A stretch of DNA of 64,000 nt, taken from positions 62,992,001-63,056,000 of the forward strand of contig NC_043010.1 of NCBI RefSeq assembly GCF_006345805.1. Reading direction: 5' to 3'. Shown here piece after piece: positions 40,566 to 54,034 of this stretch (positions are counted from its first letter, which is position 1; the number at the start of each line of letters is the position of its first letter). A program made the translations under genes and the position numbers. Source of the stretch: Octopus sinensis. Its lineage: Eukaryota. The notes beneath the pieces were generated by a model. The model did not search any database, was not told the DNA's origin, and saw nothing but the letters and a program-made list of their open reading frames with translations.

Positions 40566-41380
40566 TAACACACACATATATATATATCATTAAGGTGGAT
40601 ATTTGCAATTTAGAACCGATAGGCAACAAGTACAGTTGTCACTAAAGTTACAGAAGGTGCTAGTAATGCATACATATGTTATATATATATATATATATAC
40701 ATGTGATGGTGCAATAGTCCACTGTGTCATGCTGAATCTCCCCAACAACTACGTTAAGGGTACATGTGTCTGTGGAGTGCTCAGCCACTTGCATGTTAAT
40801 TTGGTCAGTGCGAGGCTATAGTAGAAGACACTTGCCCAAGGTGCTATGCAGTGGGACTGAACCTGGAACCATGTGGTTGGGAAGCCACCCCTGCACCTAT
40901 ATATATATGTGTGTGTGTGATACAAGAATGCTGATCATATAAAGTGGATGGAAGTCATGGAAGAAGGAGACCCAGGAAGACATGGGATGAAGTACTGAAT
41001 GATGCTGTTCTCAAGATGCTGAGCCTAATAAAAGAGATGATTAAGGGCCGAGAAATCTGGTGCCTCACTGTACTGAAGACGACCTGTCCACCACAGCAGA
41101 TTTGATATTAATGGTGGTGCCACATAGAAAGCACACAGTACACTCTGTGCAATGGCTGGCATTAGGAAGGGCATCCAGCTGTAGAAACCATGCTGCAGAA
41201 CAGACAATGGAGCCTGGTGTAGTCCCTGACCTTACCAGCTCATGTCAGGGCATCCAACCCATGGCAGCATGGAAAACTGATATTAAAGGATGATGATGAC
41301 ATTTATCTTTACATATTCAAGGTGGTGCTGCAACATGACCATGGTCCAAAGACTGAAACTAGTAAAAGGATATATATATA

Positions 41381-42591
41381 TGGTGAGAATGGATGAAGAT
41401 AGGTGTGTGAAAAAGTGCCACACCCTGGCAGTTGAGGGGACCTGTGGAAGAGGTAGACCCAGGAAAACCTGGGTCGAGGTGGTGAAGCACGACCTTCGAA
41501 CTCTAGGTCTCACCAAGGAAATGACCAGAGACCGAGACCTATGGAAGTATGCTGTGCGTGAGAAGACCCGGCAAGACCAGTGAGAACAATCAAAATCAAA
41601 TCATATATCAGAAAGCAGGGGTTAAGTGACCCATCCGTTCCTGTCCGCTGTCAGCCTCGTCTGGCACCCGTGCCGGTGATACGTAAAAGCACCATTCGCT
41701 CGTGGCCGTTTGCCAGCTCTGCCTGGCCCCCGTGTCGGTGGCACGTAAAAGCACCATCCGTTCGTGTTCGTTGCCAGCCTCACCTGGCCCTGTGCCGGTG
41801 ACACGTAAAAGCACCGTCCGTTCGTGGCCGTTTGCCAGCTCTGTCTGGCCGCGTGTCGGTGGCACGTAAAAGCACCATCCGTTCATGCCCGTTGCCAGCC
41901 TCGGCTGGCCCCCGTGTTGGTGACACGTAAAATCACCGTCCGTTTGTGGCCGTTTACCAGCTCTGTCTGGCCCCGTGTCAGTGGCACGTAAAAGCACCAT
42001 CCGTTCGTGGCCGTTTGCCAGCTCTGTCTGGCCCCGTGTCGGTGGCACGTAAAAGCACCATCCGTTCGTGTCCGTTGCCAGCCTCGGCTGGCCCCCGTGC
42101 CGGTGACACGTAAAAGCACCGTCCGTTTGTGGCCGTTTGCCAGCTCTGTCTGGCAACCGTGTCGGTGGCACGTAAAAGCACCATCCGTTCACGTCCGTTG
42201 CCAGCCTCGGCTGGCCCCCGTGCCGGTGACACGTAAAAGCACCGTCCGTTCGTGGCCGTTTGCCAGCTCTGTCTGGCCCCGTGTCGGTGGCACGTAAAAG
42301 CACCATCCGTTTGTGTCCGTTGCCAGCATCGCCTGGCCCCGTGCCGGTGACACGTAAAAGCACCATCCGTTCGTGGCCGTTCACCAGCTCTGTCTGGCAC
42401 CTGTGCAGGTGGCACGTGAAAAGCACCCACTACACTCGCGGAGTGGTTGGCGTTAGGAAGGGCATCCAGCCGTAGAAACACTGCCAGATCTGACTGGGCC
42501 TGACGAAGCCTTCCAGCTTCACAGACCCCAGTTGACCCGTCTAACCCATGCTAGCATGGAAAGCGGACGCTAAATGATGATGATGATGATG
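41381..42591 (+). mobile_element. RTE-clade LINE 3' fragment with long repeat-containing 3'UTR
   Basis: VRMDEDRCVKKC...VEG..GRGRPRKTW...DR..W stop at 41583, then the 61-bp array, then the common tail ...GCATGGAAAGCGGACGCTAAAT(GAT)n. Confidence 0.85.
41630..42428 (+). repeat. About 61-bp GC-rich tandem array, 13 units, two alternating variants
   Basis: ACGTAAAAGCACC recurs every 60-62 bp from about 41681 to 42413; variants GCCAG-CTCTGT-CTGGC and GCCAG-CCTCGG-CTGGC. Confidence 0.95.
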
Positions 42592-42842
42592 ATATATATA
42601 TATATATATATATGGTAGAACTGGTAATGTGCCATACTAAATGCTTAGCAGCTCCATTTTGGATCTTTGCACCGAGAGTTTGGATCCTTTTCAAATCCCA
42701 ACTTATCCTTTCATCCTTTTGAGTGTGTGATGGTGGTGGTGGTGGTGATAAAGTATAAGTCAAGTATGTGGTTGATGTAACTGTCTCAACACCTTTCCAC
42801 TAAAATTGCAGACCTTGTGCCTATATTAGAAACAATTACATA

Positions 42843-43404
42843 CGAGGGTGAGTCAAAAAAGTGATGCCATTTTGTTTAGGACAGGTATAATTACCAACAC
42901 AGGAACGTGTGTCATACATCAAAATGAAGCTGGTCCTCTGTGGATCACATCCCTACTTTTCAACATAGTCACCATTTCTCTCAATAGCAATGTTCCACCT
43001 TCGAATGAGAGTAGAGTATGTATCCCTGCCCCGTAAAATTCTGTTGACTGTTCTTTGAGCCACTTCTTCACTACAGTTTTCACTTCCTCGTCACTGGAAT
43101 AATGTTTGCCTCTCAAACCCTCTTCCGTGGCGCCGAAGAGATGATAGTCTGAAGGCGCTAAATCTGGTGAGTGTGTAGGTAGTGAAGAAGTGGCTCAAAG
43201 AACTGTCAACAGACTTTTACGGAGCAGGGATACATGCTCTCATTCGAAGGTGGAACATTGCTATTGAGAGAAACAGTGACTATGTTGAGAAGTGGGGATG
43301 TGATCCACAGAGGACCAACTTCATTTTGATGTATGATACATGTTCCTGTGTTGGTAATTATACCTGTCCTAAACAAAATGGCAATACTATTTGACTCACC
43401 CTCG
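42843..43404. mobile_element. Mariner-derived foldback made of two transposase 3' ends
   Basis: TA-CGAGGGTGAGTCAAA...TTTGACTCACCCTCG-TA termini; SPDLAPSDYHLF and LRGKHYSSDEEVK on minus; KKWLKE...RRWNIAIERNSDYVEK on plus. Confidence 0.88.
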
Positions 43405-43941
43405 TATATATATCTAGAGATCGTAACTTTTGGTGATTTGCTGTGCTTCAGAAGACTTGTCAAGCCAATGGACATTGTAGTTGTAGCTGGGGCTGGTGAC
43501 ATGTAACAGTCTCTGTGAAGGTGACACGTAAAAGCACCCGTGTCAGTGACACATAGAAGCACCTGTGCTGGTGGCATGTAAAAAGAACCCACTACACTCT
43601 AGGAGTAGTTGGTATTAGGAAGGGAATCTGGCTATAGCGACCAAGCCAAAATCAGGCTGGGACCTGGTGCAGCTCTCCGGCTTACCAGTTCTAGTCAAGC
43701 TGTCTAACCCATGGAAAACAGACGCTAAATGACGATGGTGATATATAAGACAAGCTATAAATGATGGTCATTACATATTTTCCCTTTATAAGAGTAAATC
43801 TAGCTTACAGCTGTTTCTAGTGGTCAATAGAGGTAGATTACTGATAGGTTTACACAACTGGTCTATTGATCAGTTGTATATATATATATATATAATAACA
43901 ATAATATAAGGGAATATTATTCCAGACTTACAGTTACAAAG

Positions 43942-44002
<61 letters not shown>

Positions 44003-44022
44003 TTATACACACACACACACAC

Positions 44023-44061
<39 letters not shown>

Positions 44062-44070
44062 CATACATAT

Positions 44071-44102
<32 letters not shown>

Positions 44103-44114
44103 CACACACACTTG

Positions 44115-44175
<61 letters not shown>

Positions 44176-45082
44176 CACTTACTCTTGCACATATGTATGT
44201 ATAGACAGAGAGACAGACAGATAGATGGATAGGTGGCTGGATGGATGGATTTATAATCGTAAGTACGGCCAGGATGGAGCAGTAAAGATGTGAGAACATT
44301 GAATGCTTTTGAATATTTGTAACAAATCAGCTTTTGGCGGAGTGTAACCTGTCTGGTGGAAAACGGACCTGATTCTTCTTCACACAGGTCGTTCGTCTTC
44401 AACCTGTCACGAATACACACACACACATATACACACGTTCATATATCCACATTCCATATACACAGACATACATTCACACACACACATATATATATATATG
44501 CATACGTATGCATATATAAAAAGAATTATTTATACAGATGTATATTTACATTCACATAATCTCCAATTGTCATTAATATACAAACACAGGCTGACGTACA
44601 CGTACACATAAATAGACCTTCTCTTTCATATACACACACATATATACACACAGAGGTGTAATAGTAATATATTATGTTAGTGTATGTCTCACGGCATTTC
44701 GAGCTCATTTTCATACTGGTGGACCGAATTTATCTGACTGAATCAGCCGAGCATATAGGATGTCTGTGAAAGAATCCTGGCCTTTTCTGTGGCGCCATAC
44801 AAAAAGACTGGAACTGAATAATGGTGTACCGTTTATTTTTTTGTGAAGAGTAAACGTCGTCACTTACACACACACACACACACACAGAGCAAAACTGTAT
44901 CGTATTATATATATATATATGTGTGTGTGTATATCGATGATGAAAAATAAACAGAGAATTTGTATGGGAAAAAGATCAATCAATCCATTTACTTTTCTCG
45001 CTTCAAATCGATACAACAAATAGGTATGCCTAGGAGACACTAGACAGTGTATGTGTGTATAATATATATATATATACATATA

Positions 45083-45177
<95 letters not shown>

Positions 45178-45184
45178 GTATGTG

Positions 45185-45215
<31 letters not shown>

Positions 45216-45276
45216 GTGTATATATATATATATACACACATATATATATATATACATATATAAATGTGTGTATGTA

Positions 45277-45333
<57 letters not shown>

Positions 45334-45575
45334 TGGTAATCAGGGTCATATCATCATAGCTAAAGGTTTCGTGCAATTGACTTAACAATGCAATGCACCT
45401 CATTATAACAGATTCGGTAATTAGTAAGCTAGGTGTGAATCGAGCACTTTGGCGTTTGGCACGAAAAAAAAACAAACAAACAAACAAAAAAACAACAACA
45501 ACAACTAAATTTAGCAAGAAATAACAGCAACAGACAAGGTATGACTATAAGGTGGCGAGACAATATCTTACTTAC

Positions 45576-46107
45576 ATATGAAAGATGAAGGGAGAATTCT
45601 ATCTAGAGGGTATATTTTTGGGACGAGTTCACTGCTGGCTCGCCTCCTCCAACGATTTGTCTTTCTCTCTCGGTTATCTCCTTATCTCACCGTTCGTTTT
45701 TTTTTTTTTTGTGGCTGGTTCTTTTCCTTCTTCGTCTTCAGATTGTCCAAATGTCTTCTGTCTCCTTTTTCCTGTCACCCAGTATTTCTCTGTCTGTCTC
45801 TGTCTCCCGGGATCCGCTCGAAACCGGACAGGAAGGTAACGATTTCAACAAATAATTTTGCAATTAAGAACAGTAAATATATATATATATATGTGTGTGT
45901 ATATAAAGGGATCTGCGAGGAAAGCGAGTAAGAGGACAAAAGAGCGAGAATGTTTGATGATGGGTGGATGCGGTGTGATGATGGCTCTAGCCTTGTCTGC
46001 CCTCACCGCTGTGTCGGAGGAGGCTGGACGATCATCTGTGCACGGCTTGTCACTCCATTGCAACAATATAAACAAAAACAAAAAAACAAGGGGAGATAAC
46101 CTACAAC
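45576..46107 (-). other. Putative 5'UTR exon of the zinc-finger gene, ending in the AT of a split start codon
   Basis: Acceptor with long pyrimidine tract (...GGGTTTTTTTCAG|G at 46108/46107) and consensus donor CATAT|GTAAGT at 45576/45575. Phase fits the downstream exon (AT|G ATC TCC CAA); an in-frame TAG lies 8 codons upstream. Confidence 0.6.
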
Positions 46108-46397
46108 CTGAAAAAAACCCACCAAAAAACGAAAAATAAAAAACAAAAAAAACTCTCTCTCACCAACATTTATTTAACATAAATTGTGGCTTTTGACATT
46201 TTTGGAAGGTTACAATGGGATATATATATATATATAATATATATATATACATACACATATATGTGTGTGTATATATATATATATACACATACATATATGT
46301 GTGTATATATATATATATATATTTATATACATATACTTGGAAATGTATATGTATATGTATATATATATATGTATATATATATGTATATATATATGCG

Positions 46398-46434
<37 letters not shown>

Positions 46435-46436
46435 GC

Positions 46437-46472
<36 letters not shown>

Positions 46473-46481
46473 GCGTATATA

Positions 46482-46542
<61 letters not shown>

Positions 46543-48883
46543 ATCCATATATATATATATAAATTTTATATATGTTTATATGTAAATATGTGTATGTATG
46601 TGTGTGCGCGTGTGTGCGCGTGTGTGTGTGTGATTGTATGTATGTGTGTGTGTGTGTGTGTGTGTATTTTATACACATCTGGACAAAAATATGTCACGTT
46701 GGAAGTCAATGTGCACAGCCTTAAATATATGATGTCGTCAATGTATCTCTAGCCTCGGGTCAATCTTGATCCATAACAGCGAGGATCAAAGACATTCCGG
46801 CTGTGACCATCCCAGCTTTTATTTATAGACATTGTGTGTATCTTGGATAACATTTATGGAAGGTGTCCATCTAATGATTATTTTTAAAGACGTAGTGTAT
46901 GAGTTGGAAGAACTTTGGCTGTTATTTCTAGCAGGTTCGAAGGCAACATCTTCATCATACTACGTGTGTATATTAGACTGACATCAATGGTGTATATATA
47001 TGTATAGGTGTGCATGAGAAATATATACATACATACATATACACATACACAGACACACACATACAGAAAGATGTCCGGATGTATTTATAATTAGGAACAA
47101 TCAAATACACCGGTATTTCTCTATCTCACGCACACGTATACATATATATAGATATGTGTATACAGTGTTATATTATACACACACACATACATACATACAA
47201 ACTATATTTATATTTATTAAGTTTGGTCTTTTCCCTCGTTAAAACAGTTGACAACGAAAGTTTCCACTGCCATCCACCCGGACTGCCACCCGAGCTGTCT
47301 CCAGGGCTGGTCTTCTGTCGTCAGGTTTAATGCCAGTTTATTTGACTGACATTAATAATTACTGAAGCAAATAGGTTTAATGTGAAACAGCTCAGTAGAC
47401 AGGCGAGAAAATCGATGCAGTCGATCGGGGTTCAAAACTGGATCTCAGTAGATTTGAATTTATGAATTCATTCTGTGTATGTGTGTGTGTTGGATTGACT
47501 GAGGCATTTTTCAAGATAGTAATCAAAAATGCTGACGATGTTTCCTCCTCCTTATCATCATCATCAACATCATCACCACCATACTGAATATCCTCGCCAT
47601 CATCATAGTCGTCGTCATCATCATCATCGCCAACATCGTCCGTCATCTTATTTATTTCTTTACTACCCACAAGGGGCTAAACACAGAGGGGACAAACAAG
47701 GACAGACAAACGGATTACGTCGATTATATCGACTCCAGTGCGTAACTGGTACTTAATTTATCGACCCCGAAAGGGATGAAAGGCAAAGTCGACCTCGGCG
47801 GAATTCGAACTCAGAACGTTAAGACAGACGAAAAACTGCTAAGCATTTCGTCCGGCGTGCTAACGGTTCTGCCAGCTCGCCGCCTCCGTCATCTTATTAC
47901 CACTACCACCATACTACAACGCCATCACAATGATAATCACTAACATCACCGTCACAATCCCACCACCACCACAACCACCATCACTCTGACAATCGCCATC
48001 ATCATCATTATCAACACCATCATCACAAACACCATAATTGTGAATTGAGAACAGGGGTTGGTGGGGGCTGTTCATTCCTCGGTTTGCTGAAGGGGGACAG
48101 GAGACATGACACATATTGACCTATCAAGATCCTGTGAAGAGCGTGGAAATGGTTGCGGTGGCGGTGGGACAGACAATAAGCTGTATGACATCTAACCAGG
48201 TATCTCACTTGTTTGGGTTCAAATCCAGTTTCAGTCACACAGACTTTTAACTGTTATCCCACTCTTGTTTTCATCCAATAAATACCAGTAATACACTGAA
48301 ATTCACTAATCAACTGTACACAGTCATATTTATTGAATAGGAGCTTTTGCTTGAAAAAAAAATCCTCCTCCTCCTCATCATCATCATCATAATAATAATT
48401 ATAATATTGATTTCAAATTTTGACACAAGGCCAGCAAGTTTCAGGGAAGTGGGTAAGTCAATTAGATCAACCCCAATGCGCAACTGGTACTTATTTTATT
48501 GAGTCCGAAATGATGAAAGGCAAAGTGGTCCTCAGTGGAATTTGAACTCAGAATATAAAGACAGATAAAATGCTTGACAGCATTTTGTGCAGCAGGCTAA
48601 CCATTCTGCCAGTTTGCCGCCTTAATAATAATAATAATAATAATCATCATCATATTAATAATAATAATAATTCTTTCTACTGGAAGCACAAGTCTTCAAA
48701 TTTGAGGAAAGGGATTAAGTCAATTACATCGAACCCAGTGCATAACTGGTACTTACTTAATAGACACCAAAAGGATGAAAGGCAAAGTCGACCTTGGTTG
48801 AATTTGAACTCAGAATGTAGCGGCAGACAAAATACCACTAAGCATTTTGCCCAACATGCTAACAATTCTGCCAGCTCGCCACC

Positions 48884-48945
<62 letters not shown>

Positions 48946-48951
48946 AAGAAG

Positions 48952-49586
48952 AAGGAATATATTCATAGACATGACAGAGTTGGGACCTACATACACTGGA
49001 AGCTATGCCAACATTATGGAATAACAACAGAAAAAAGATGGTATAGGCACACACCAGAAAAGGTCACAGAAAACGTGAAAGCAACCATACTCTGGGATAT
49101 GCCGATACACACAGATAGAGAAATTAAGGCCAACAGACCAGATATAGTTGTCAGAGATCATGAAGAAAAAAAATGCTTTCTAATTGATGTATCAATACCG
49201 GCTGATGACAACGTGTCTCTAAAAGAAATGGAGAAACTCTCAAAATACAAAGACCTGGAAATAGAGGTAACTAGAATGTGGAATCTGAAAACAGAAACAA
49301 TTCCTATCATAGTAGGTGCATTAGGCATGATAAAAAAATATTCAGACAAATACATAACAAAAACACCAGGACTTACAAACACATATAACATACAGAAAAT
49401 TGCACTACTAGGCACTGCACACATCCTACGCAGAACACTTTCCATACAATAACCATCAGAGCATCACAACAAATCACAGCACATACCCAAGGCACACAGA
49501 GCTGTGATCGGTAGTGAAGTGAAAGCACGCTATAAAAATAAAACTACTGAATAATGATAATAATAATAATAATATAATAATAATAA

Positions 49587-49617
<31 letters not shown>

Positions 49618-50252
49618 AAGGAATATATTCATAGACATGACAGAGTTGGGACCTACATACACTGGAAGCTATGCCAACATTATGGAATAACAACAGAAAA
49701 AAGATGGTATAGGCACACACCAGAAAAGGTCACAGAAAACGTGAAAGCAACCATACTCTGGGATATGCCGATACACACAGATAGAGAAATTAAGGCCAAC
49801 AGACCAGATATAGTTGTCAGAGATCATGAAGAAAAAAAATGCTTTCTAATTGATGTATCAATACCGGCTGATGACAACGTGTCTCTAAAAGAAATGGAGA
49901 AACTCTCAAAATACAAAGACCTGGAAATAGAGGTAACTAGAATGTGGAATCTGAAAACAGAAACAATTCCTATCATAGTAGGTGCATTAGGCATGATAAA
50001 AAAATATTCAGACAAATACATAACAAAAACACCAGGACTTACAAACACATATAACATACAGAAAATTGCACTACTAGGCACTGCACACATCCTACGCAGA
50101 ACACTTTCCATACAATAACCATCAGAGCATCACAACAAATCACAGCACATACCCAAGGCACACAGAGCTGTGATCGGTAGTGAAGTGAAAGCACGCTATA
50201 AAAATAAAACTACTGAATAATGATAATAATAATAATAATATAATAATAATAA

Positions 50253-50283
<31 letters not shown>

Positions 50284-50882
50284 AAGGAATATATTCATAG
50301 ACATGACAGAGTTGGGACCTACATACACTGGAAGCTATGCCAACATTATGGAATAACAACAGAAAAAAGATGGTATAGGCACACACCAGAAAAGGTCACA
50401 GAAAACGTGAAAGCAACCATACTCTGGGATATGCCGATACACACAGATAGAGAAATTAAGGCCAACAGACCAGATATAGTTGTCAGAGATCATGAAGAAA
50501 AAAAATGCTTTCTAATTGATGTATCAATACCGGCTGATGACAACGTGTCTCTAAAAGAAATGGAGAAACTCTCAAAATACAAAGACCTGGAAATAGAGGT
50601 AACTAGAATGTGGAATCTGAAAACAGAAACAATTCCTATTATAGTAGGTGCATTAGGCATGATAAAAAAATATTCAGACAAATACATAACAAAAACACCA
50701 GGACTTACAAACACATATAACATACAGAAAATTGCACTACTAGGCACTGCACACATCCTACGCAGAACACTTTCCATACAATAACCATCAGAGCATCACA
50801 ACAAATCACAGCACATACCCAAGGCACACAGAGCTGTGATCGGTAGTGAAGTGAAAGCACGCTATAAAAATAAAACTACTGA
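48952..50882 (+). mobile_element. Three tandem 666-bp copies of an R4/Dong LINE 3' end
   Basis: KEYIHRHD...NRPDIVV...LID...KLSKY...ALLGTAHILRR* with stops ending at 49452, 50118 and 50784; identical (AAT)/(AAG) linkers. Confidence 0.92.
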
Positions 50883-50888
50883 ATAATG

Positions 50889-50919
<31 letters not shown>

Positions 50920-50979
50920 CAACAATAATAATAATGATAACAATAATAATAATAACAACAACAACAATAATAATAATTG

Positions 50980-51014
<35 letters not shown>

Positions 51015-53023
51015 TCTAATTTTGGCACATAGCTAGCAGTTTTGAGGGAAGTGGAAAATCAATTACATCAGCCCCAGTGTCAAACTGGTATTTATTTTAC
51101 CGTTTCCCCACCCAAACAGGATAAAAAAGGTAAAGTCAATCTTGGTGGAATTTCAACTTCGAAAGCAAAGCCGGAAGAAATGCTGTCAAGCATTCCGTCC
51201 TGGCAGGTGAACCATTTTACCGGCTCACTGACTTTCAATTTGAAATATTAATTCTTTCTAATTTTGGAACAAGGACAGCAATTTTGATGGGGAGATTGAA
51301 CAAGTTTATTACATCAAACCGCAGTAATTGACTGGTTCTCTATTTTTATTGGTCTAGAAAGCACGACAAGCAAAGTTAACCTCAGTATGTCTTGAGGTCA
51401 GGGTTTAAAGAACAAGAAATAATGCAAAGCATTTTGGTCAATATGTTATCAATTCTACCAGCTTGTTGTTTTTAATAAGAATTGCTTCAAATTTTGGCAC
51501 AAATCTATCTACTTTTTTGGAGAAAGGGGTTAGTTGATTGCATCAGATCTTGTACTCAGCTGGTACTTTATTTTATTCATCTCAGAAGTTTGAAAAATAA
51601 AGTTGATTTTGGCAGGATTTGAACTTGGAACATTGTTTCTAATTTAGAGACAGCGCCAGCAAATTGGTGTTTTATTCTGGTACAAATAGAGTACCTATAT
51701 AGAACATCAATTTCTTTACTACCCACAAGGGGCCAAACACAGAGGGGACAAACAAGGACAGACAAACGGATTAAATCGATTGTATCGACCCCAGTGCGTA
51801 ACTGGTACTTATTTAATCGAACCCGAAGGGATGAAAGGCAAAGTCGACCTTGGTGGAATTTGAACTCAGAACATAAAGACAGACGAAATACCGCCAAACA
51901 TTTCGCCCAGTGTGCTTAACGCTTCTGGCAGCTCACCGCCTTCAGTATAGAACACCTGTTCTATACTGGTACATTATTCTAATGACCCTGGAGGGGTGAG
52001 ATGTGAATTTGATACTGACAGGTGTTGAACTTGCAATGTAAAAGAAACTGGAATATATAATCTACTTTGATCCATCACTCTAACAAAGAGACAGAAACAT
52101 TTAATAAGTTGTCTGAGATTGAAGCCTGGTGCAGCCATTTGGTTCGCCAGCCCTCAGTCAAATCGTCCAACCCATGCTAGCATGGAAAGCGGGTGTTAAA
52201 CGATGATGATGATGATGAGATATGCTGTGTGGGAGACAAAGAAACAGAAAAATTGGACTGTGATGGCTCAAGAGGTTTTGATCTTAGATCTGTTCATTGA
52301 AGGTTTGTCCTGAACCAGGAAGGACAACAATCACCATAATATCATTTTGATACCCTCTCTGTCTGTCTGCGTGTCTTCCAGAGCTGAGGTAGGTGACAAT
52401 GGTGTGAGGTAGGCTAGAGTTGTCTTCTAACCTCAATAATTTCTGACAATGGTGTATCTATGAAATCCAGAAAGTCTATGGAATGAACAAGCGTGATTCA
52501 CATCCCGAATCTTTCGTGGAACATTCCAGTACAGTGGTTTATTATAGAGGTGCCAAGGTGACATCTGACAGTATTGTATTTTCTCTACTGTCCATACTGT
52601 TTCTGCATGTCTATAGGCTGTGAGAGTGACCATTGCAAAACTAAATAAATGGCACTGTCCAGAAATAAGTGTTGTGTGTTGGAGACTAAATGAGGTTGTC
52701 AATAATGATGCTAATACTGTGTGTCATCTTCATCCCCATGATTTAACCCTTCAGCAGTCACATTAATCTGCCAAATGTGATGCTTATTTATTCAAATTTC
52801 GTTTTTGAATTCGGTCAAGAGAGTCAAGACTATTGAAAAGGTTGCAAGACACAAGGAAAATTTTAGGAAAATAAAAATAAGAAATAAGTGGAAATTTTAC
52901 CACACATGTGGCAGGGATTGAGATTGTCAAAGCTTTCTGTAGTAACAAACTGTACCCATTATGTGTGTACCCACCACTACCATCACTAGCCCTCTTCCAC
53001 CCCCGTCACCAACAGCAGCAATA

Positions 53024-53390
53024 GGAGGCGCAATGGCCCAGTGGTTAGGGCAGCAGACTCGCTGGATTGTGATTTTGATTCCCAAACTGGGCATTGTGTG
53101 TGTTTATTGAGCAAAAACACCTAAAGCTCCATGAGGCTACGGCAGGGGGTGGCGGTGACCCCTGTTGTACTCTTTCGCTCCAACTTTCTCTCACTCTTTC
53201 TTCCTGTTTCTTGTCCCCGACTTCCTATGCAACCGCTGAGCCTGGATGTGCATTCATCCATCCGTCGATGCTCTCGGTGTCGGGGGTTGACCTGCTTTCT
53301 CTTCTGCAAATCTTACAAATAGCAAAGGACCACGTTTCAGACTTCTCCCACTCTGGGACGAAGACCGCTTCGCTCAACAAACAAACAAAC
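53024..53390 (+). mobile_element. tRNA-derived SINE with (CAAA)n tail
   Basis: GGCGCAATGGCCCAGTGGTTAGGGCA A box, decayed B box, ends CAACAAACAAACAAAC. Confidence 0.6.
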
Positions 53391-53815
53391 AGCAACAATT
53401 GCACCATGATCCTGTACCACCACCACCACAACTACCACCATCATTACCACTACCACCACTGCCAATTCTAACATATTAACGATTGTCTTATAGAGTCAAA
53501 ATTCCATTTCTATTTTATGGTTTCTTTAAAAATTGGTTTTGTAAAAAAAAAAAACATCATAAATGGAGAAACCGAATTGTAACTCACGTGTGTGCGTGTT
53601 TATGGGTATATGTAAAAGACACATAATCTTTGCTCTAAATACCAAGAGACTTCTTTCAAAATATTCAGACAGTTTCAGCTGATAGATATGGATGTGAAGG
53701 AAATTAGGACAATGTTTCTGGAAATGGCAAAGCAAATAACTCCATTTTCTTTTCATATCATTTCTTACACTCTCACGAAATTACCCACCCCTCCCTCCTT
53801 ATCCTCTGTCTATGG

Positions 53816-54034
53816 CAGTGCTTTTCAAACTTTTTGCTGGAGCGGAACCCCAAGGAAACATTCCACTGGCTCGAGGAACCCCTGTGCAATAATTTAATAG
53901 TCTTATGCACACATATCTGCACAGGAGAATTGAAAATTACTGTCGATTTTAGCAGTTTTGTAACATCTTGCGGAACCCCTGGACTGTACTGGCAGAACCC
54001 TAAGGTTCTGCGGAACCCTGGTTGAAAACCACTG
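53816..54034. mobile_element. hAT (Charlie-like) MITE
   Basis: TIRs CAGTGCTTTTCAAAC / GTTGAAAACCACTG, perfect 8-bp TSD GTCTATGG, repeated subterminal GGAACCC motifs. Confidence 0.88.

Noticed and set aside
41630-42428. CRISPR-like array
   Set aside because: The intervening parts are two recurring variants rather than unique spacers, there are no cas genes, and the array lies within a eukaryotic RTE 3'UTR.
41608-42481. 272-aa and 167-aa minus-strand ORFs
   Set aside because: By-products of a GC-rich 61-bp repeat cycling through frames.
43870-46752. Many YI/CV/HT-repeat ORFs here and at about 2300-3050, 15700-16700, 26200-26700, 38400-38950, 58400-59100
   Set aside because: Translations of (TA)n, (TG)n and (CA)n microsatellites.
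48847-49452. 201-aa ORF as a host nuclease gene (likewise 17663-18265)
   Set aside because: The N-terminus is SINE plus microsatellite read-through into a 5'-truncated LINE endonuclease.
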